DNA of 64,000 nucleotides from Alphaproteobacteria bacterium (GTDB lineage Bacteria; Pseudomonadota; Alphaproteobacteria; Rhizobiales; CAJQND01): NCBI GenBank assembly GCA_024227565.1, contig JAAEUE010000165.1, positions 71,911 to 135,910 of the forward strand, read 5' to 3'. Shown piece by piece: positions 61,330 to 64,000 of this stretch (position 1 is its first letter; each line of letters starts with the position of its first letter). The notes under the pieces were generated by a model. It saw only the letters and a program-made list of their open reading frames with translations, ran no database searches and was not told where the DNA came from. The position numbers and the translations under genes were made by a program.

Positions 61330-62724
61330 TCAGCCCTTCCACTCGCCACTGGCGACCAGATCGCCAGTCACCTTGGAGATGCCCTTGCCCAAGGTCTCCA
61401 CGACGAAGTCAACATCGTTCCGGGTCATGATGAGCGGCGGCGACATGACGTTGAGATGACCAATCGGGCGCACCATCAGACCCATCTCATCGCACTCGTT
61501 GGCAATGCGCTTGCCGATATTCACCTCGTCTGGGAGCAGTTCGCGGGTTTCCTTGTTGGCCACGTTCTCCACGCACATCATCATCTTCTTGCCGCGCACC
61601 TGGCCGACGATCGGTAGCTCGGCAAGGGTTTGCAGGCGCTCTTCGAAATAGGCGCCGACGTCCATCACGTTGGCCAGAATGTCCTCACGCTCCATGATCT
61701 CCAGGTTCTTCAACGCGGCGGCACAACAGACCGGATGGGCTGAGTAGGTGTAGCCGTTGGTGAAGAGCCGGTCTTTGCCGGGTGCGGAGATCACCTCGTG
61801 GATCTTGTCGGAGTAAATCGTCGCGCCCAGCGGCAGATAGCCTGAGGTCAGACCCTTGGCGCAGGTGATGATGTCGGGAACGATGCCAAACTCATCTTCA
61901 GAGGCGAACCAATGACCCAAGCGGCCAAAGGCGGTGACCACTTCATCGTGCACATAAAGCACGTCATGTTTCTGGCAAACCTCGTGGGTGCGCTTGTGAT
62001 AGCCCTTGGGCGGGACGATCACGCCCCCTGCCCCCATGATGGGCTCTGCAAAGAACGCGGCCACATTATCAGGGCCCAGTTCGATGATCTTGTCTTCAAG
62101 CTCCTGCACCAGAAAGTCCAGGAACTCCGCCTCGCTCATGCCTTCAGGGGCGCGGTAGAAGTTGGGGTAGGACAGGTGGTGAACGATATCGGAGATATAT
62201 TCAAACTCTGGAACCCGGTCCGCGGCCTTGCCGGCGATTGAGGCGCAGATGTGGGTGCTTCCGTGATAGGAGCCCTTGCGCGAGATGATATGACGCTTGG
62301 TCTCCATGCCGCGGCTGCGGTGGTAGAACTGGATCAGCCGGTAGGCGGTGTCGTTGGACTCTGAACCACCGAGCGTAAACATCATGTGGTTGAGATCGCC
62401 TGGAGCCATCTCCGCCAGTTTGCCCGCCAGCTCGGCAGACGGGGTGTTGCCCATGTCGGTGAACGGGCTGGAATAGGCCAGCTTCATCACCTGCTCGGCG
62501 ATGGCGTCCGCCATCTCCTTGCGGCCCTGGCCGATTTGGGTGCACCACAGACCGCCAACGGCATCAAAGTAGCGCTCGCCCTTTTCGGCGCCATAGATGT
62601 AGCAGCCCTCGGCGCGGTCAATCAGCAGCGCGCCCTCCTCGCCGAAGCTGTCGAAATGCTGCCAGGGGTGCAGATGGTGTTTGCGGTCTAGTTCCCAGAG
62701 CTCTTTGGCTGAGTTGGACAACAT
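61330..62724 (-). CDS. class III (omega) aminotransferase
   Basis: MLSNSAKELWELDRKHHLHPW...GGLWCTQIGQGR...FFAEPIMGAGGVIVPP...HDEVVTAFGRLG...ITCAKGLTSGYLPLG (PLP lysine). I prefer the ATG at 62724. Confidence 0.9.
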   Translation of the reverse strand: MLSNSAKELWELDRKHHLHPWQHFDSFGEEGALLIDRAEGCYIYGAEKGERYFDAVGGLWCTQIGQGRKEMADAIAEQVMKLAYSSPFTDMGNTPSAELAGKLAEMAPGDLNHMMFTLGGSESNDTAYRLIQFYHRSRGMETKRHIISRKGSYHGSTHICASIAGKAADRVPEFEYISDIVHHLSYPNFYRAPEGMSEAEFLDFLVQELEDKIIELGPDNVAAFFAEPIMGAGGVIVPPKGYHKRTHEVCQKHDVLYVHDEVVTAFGRLGHWFASEDEFGIVPDIITCAKGLTSGYLPLGATIYSDKIHEVISAPGKDRLFTNGYTYSAHPVCCAAALKNLEIMEREDILANVMDVGAYFEERLQTLAELPIVGQVRGKKMMMCVENVANKETRELLPDEVNIGKRIANECDEMGLMVRPIGHLNVMSPPLIMTRNDVDFVVETLGKGISKVTGDLVASGEWKG

Positions 62725-62740
62725 GGGTGGATGCTTTCTT

Positions 62741-63703
62741 TCAAGAATGATCAATATGAGGGTACGCGTAGAGCGACAGCAGTTCGTAGGCAATGGTGGC
62801 GCCCGCCAGCGCAGTTACGCCAGACGGGTCATACGCCGGAGCCACCTCTACCACATCCATGCCCACCAAGTTGATCCCGGCAATCTGCCGCAGCACGGTC
62901 ATGGCCTGATAGGGCGTGAGACCGCCGATCACCGGTGTGCCTGTGCCCGGAGCATAAGCCGGATCAAGACCGTCGATATCAAAGGTGAGGTAAACGGGCC
63001 GGTCGCCCACGATCTGTTTGATCTTTGCCGCAGCAGCTTCCGGCCCCTCGCGGTGCACCTCGTTGGCATCAATGATGTTGATGCCCATGGTGTCGCGGTT
63101 CTTGGTGCGAATGCCAACTTGGGCAGAGTGTTCCGGCGCGACGATGCCCTGCTTCACCGCATGATAGAACATGGTGCCATGGTCAATCCGGTCTTCGCCG
63201 CCCTCATCGTTCCAGGTATCGGTGTGGGCATCGAACTGCAGCAGGCACAGCGGGCCGTATTTGGCTGCGTAGGCCTTCAGGATCGGATAGGTGATGAAAT
63301 GATCGCCGCCCAGGGTGAGTGTGGTCTTGGCCTTCTCCAGAATGGCGGAAATATGCATCTCGATGATATCAGGCACCTCGCCCAGGCGGCCGTGATCGAA
63401 CAGGACATCGCCGCAGTCGGCAATCGCCATATGATCACGCACCTCGAAGTCCCAGTTATAGGGGCTGTCCCAATCGATCTGAGTTGACGCGGTGCGGATG
63501 GCGCGCGGGCCGAACCGGGTTCCCGGACGGTGGGTCACCGCCGTGTCGAAGGGCACACCGGTAACCGCAATATCAACGCCCTCCAGGTCCTTGGTATACT
63601 TGGAACGCAGGAAGCTCAGGACGCCGGAATAGGCCGGTTCTGAAACCTTGCCAAATGGGTCTTTGCGCTGAATTGCGTTATCAATTTCAACCTTTTGGGT
63701 CAT
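62741..63703 (-). CDS. ureohydrolase family protein (agmatinase / guanidino-acid hydrolase)
   Basis: Mn ligands in LGGDHFITYP, QFDAHTDTW and LTFDIDGLDPAYAPGTGTP. 320 aa. Confidence 0.9.
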   Translation of the reverse strand: MTQKVEIDNAIQRKDPFGKVSEPAYSGVLSFLRSKYTKDLEGVDIAVTGVPFDTAVTHRPGTRFGPRAIRTASTQIDWDSPYNWDFEVRDHMAIADCGDVLFDHGRLGEVPDIIEMHISAILEKAKTTLTLGGDHFITYPILKAYAAKYGPLCLLQFDAHTDTWNDEGGEDRIDHGTMFYHAVKQGIVAPEHSAQVGIRTKNRDTMGINIIDANEVHREGPEAAAAKIKQIVGDRPVYLTFDIDGLDPAYAPGTGTPVIGGLTPYQAMTVLRQIAGINLVGMDVVEVAPAYDPSGVTALAGATIAYELLSLYAYPHIDHS

Positions 63704-63821
63704 ATTTTGTCCTGACTGGCTCGCCTATTCCTAAGCACCTAAGTGCAATTTCCTATTTGACACAACCAGCTTCTTTCTGAAACTGCGGGCAAAACAATCA
63801 GCACACGGGAGGAGCGCAAGC

Positions 63822-64000
63822 ATGGCGCACGAGCGGTATCGCAAATTCAACACCAAGGACACCTATCCAGAGCAAAACCTGGACAATGACCTGTGCCAAA
63901 CCGTGAAGGCACAAGGCACCATGGTGTTTGTGCGTGGCCAGGTGGGCCAAGACCTGGAAACGGCCGGTTCAGTGGGCGGGGACGACCCTGCGGCGCAAAC
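63822..64000 (+). CDS. RidA/YjgF-like family protein, N-terminal part (runs off window end)
   Basis: The ATG at 63822 has GGGAGGAG upstream. MAHERYRKFNTKDTYPEQNLDNDLCQTVKAQGTMVFVRGQVGQDLETAG resembles the start of RidA-family proteins. Only a partial sequence is available. Confidence 0.5.
   Translation, partial: MAHERYRKFNTKDTYPEQNLDNDLCQTVKAQGTMVFVRGQVGQDLETAGSVGGDDPAAQ

Noticed and set aside
1..64000. Prophage, IS element, integron, tRNA, rRNA or CRISPR array
   Set aside because: I found no integrase, transposase, recombinase, phage structural protein or RT-like ORF. I noticed no tRNA-like T-arm sequences, and no regularly spaced direct repeats of 25-40 nt. This was an eye scan only, so small or degenerate elements could have been missed.

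Overview
This is a 64-kb stretch of a GC-rich, gene-dense bacterial chromosome. The proteins look alphaproteobacterial, like marine Rhizobiales or Rhodobacterales, but that is inference only. I can support about 75 protein-coding genes on both strands. I recognised no rRNA, tRNA, CRISPR array, transposase or integrase. Gene content is mostly accessory catabolism of methylated and osmolyte-type compounds: a DmdA-type demethylase, a dimethylglycine-dehydrogenase-like flavoprotein, two MttB-family methyltransferases, several DAO-type FAD oxidoreductases, an amidase, a solitary EctC-like cupin, a TauD-type dioxygenase, and a ureohydrolase with a class-III aminotransferase. There are many one-component regulators (LysR, two AraC, XRE, membrane LuxR, IclR), two paralogous MFS transporters, and housekeeping genes (ndk, mscL, gloA, trhO, an ABC-F ATPase). 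The best candidates for something undescribed are: (1) An AT-richer five-gene cassette of about 2.7 kb (21.7-24.2 kb), containing an XRE regulator, a 98-aa protein, two tandem PAS_5-like paralogs and a convergent possible acyltransferase-fold protein, bracketed by an 18/20 direct repeat. It is followed by a roughly 470-nt non-coding unit that has a promoter-like element, strong hairpins and an intrinsic terminator. (2) A six-gene same-strand array at 25.4-31.8 kb: a TAXI-type binding protein with a membrane anchor, a dCache sensor with no output domain, a membrane SGNH hydrolase, SxtJ-like, a 50-aa DUF5989-like micro-ORF missing from the ORF track, and a NodU/CmcH carbamoyltransferase. (3) A dmdA-type operon and a desaturase/Rieske operon that share an identical 15-nt motif next to a GcvA-like LysR regulator. 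(4) Two MttB-family genes with no visible corrinoid partner. Smaller observations: a deletion ghost of a flavoprotein gene, a caspase-fold protein with both catalytic residues replaced, a hendecad-repeat membrane protein next to mscL, a REP-like palindrome, and a ParE/RHH toxin-antitoxin pair with a perfect operator palindrome. All functional calls come from motifs read by eye; no database search was possible.
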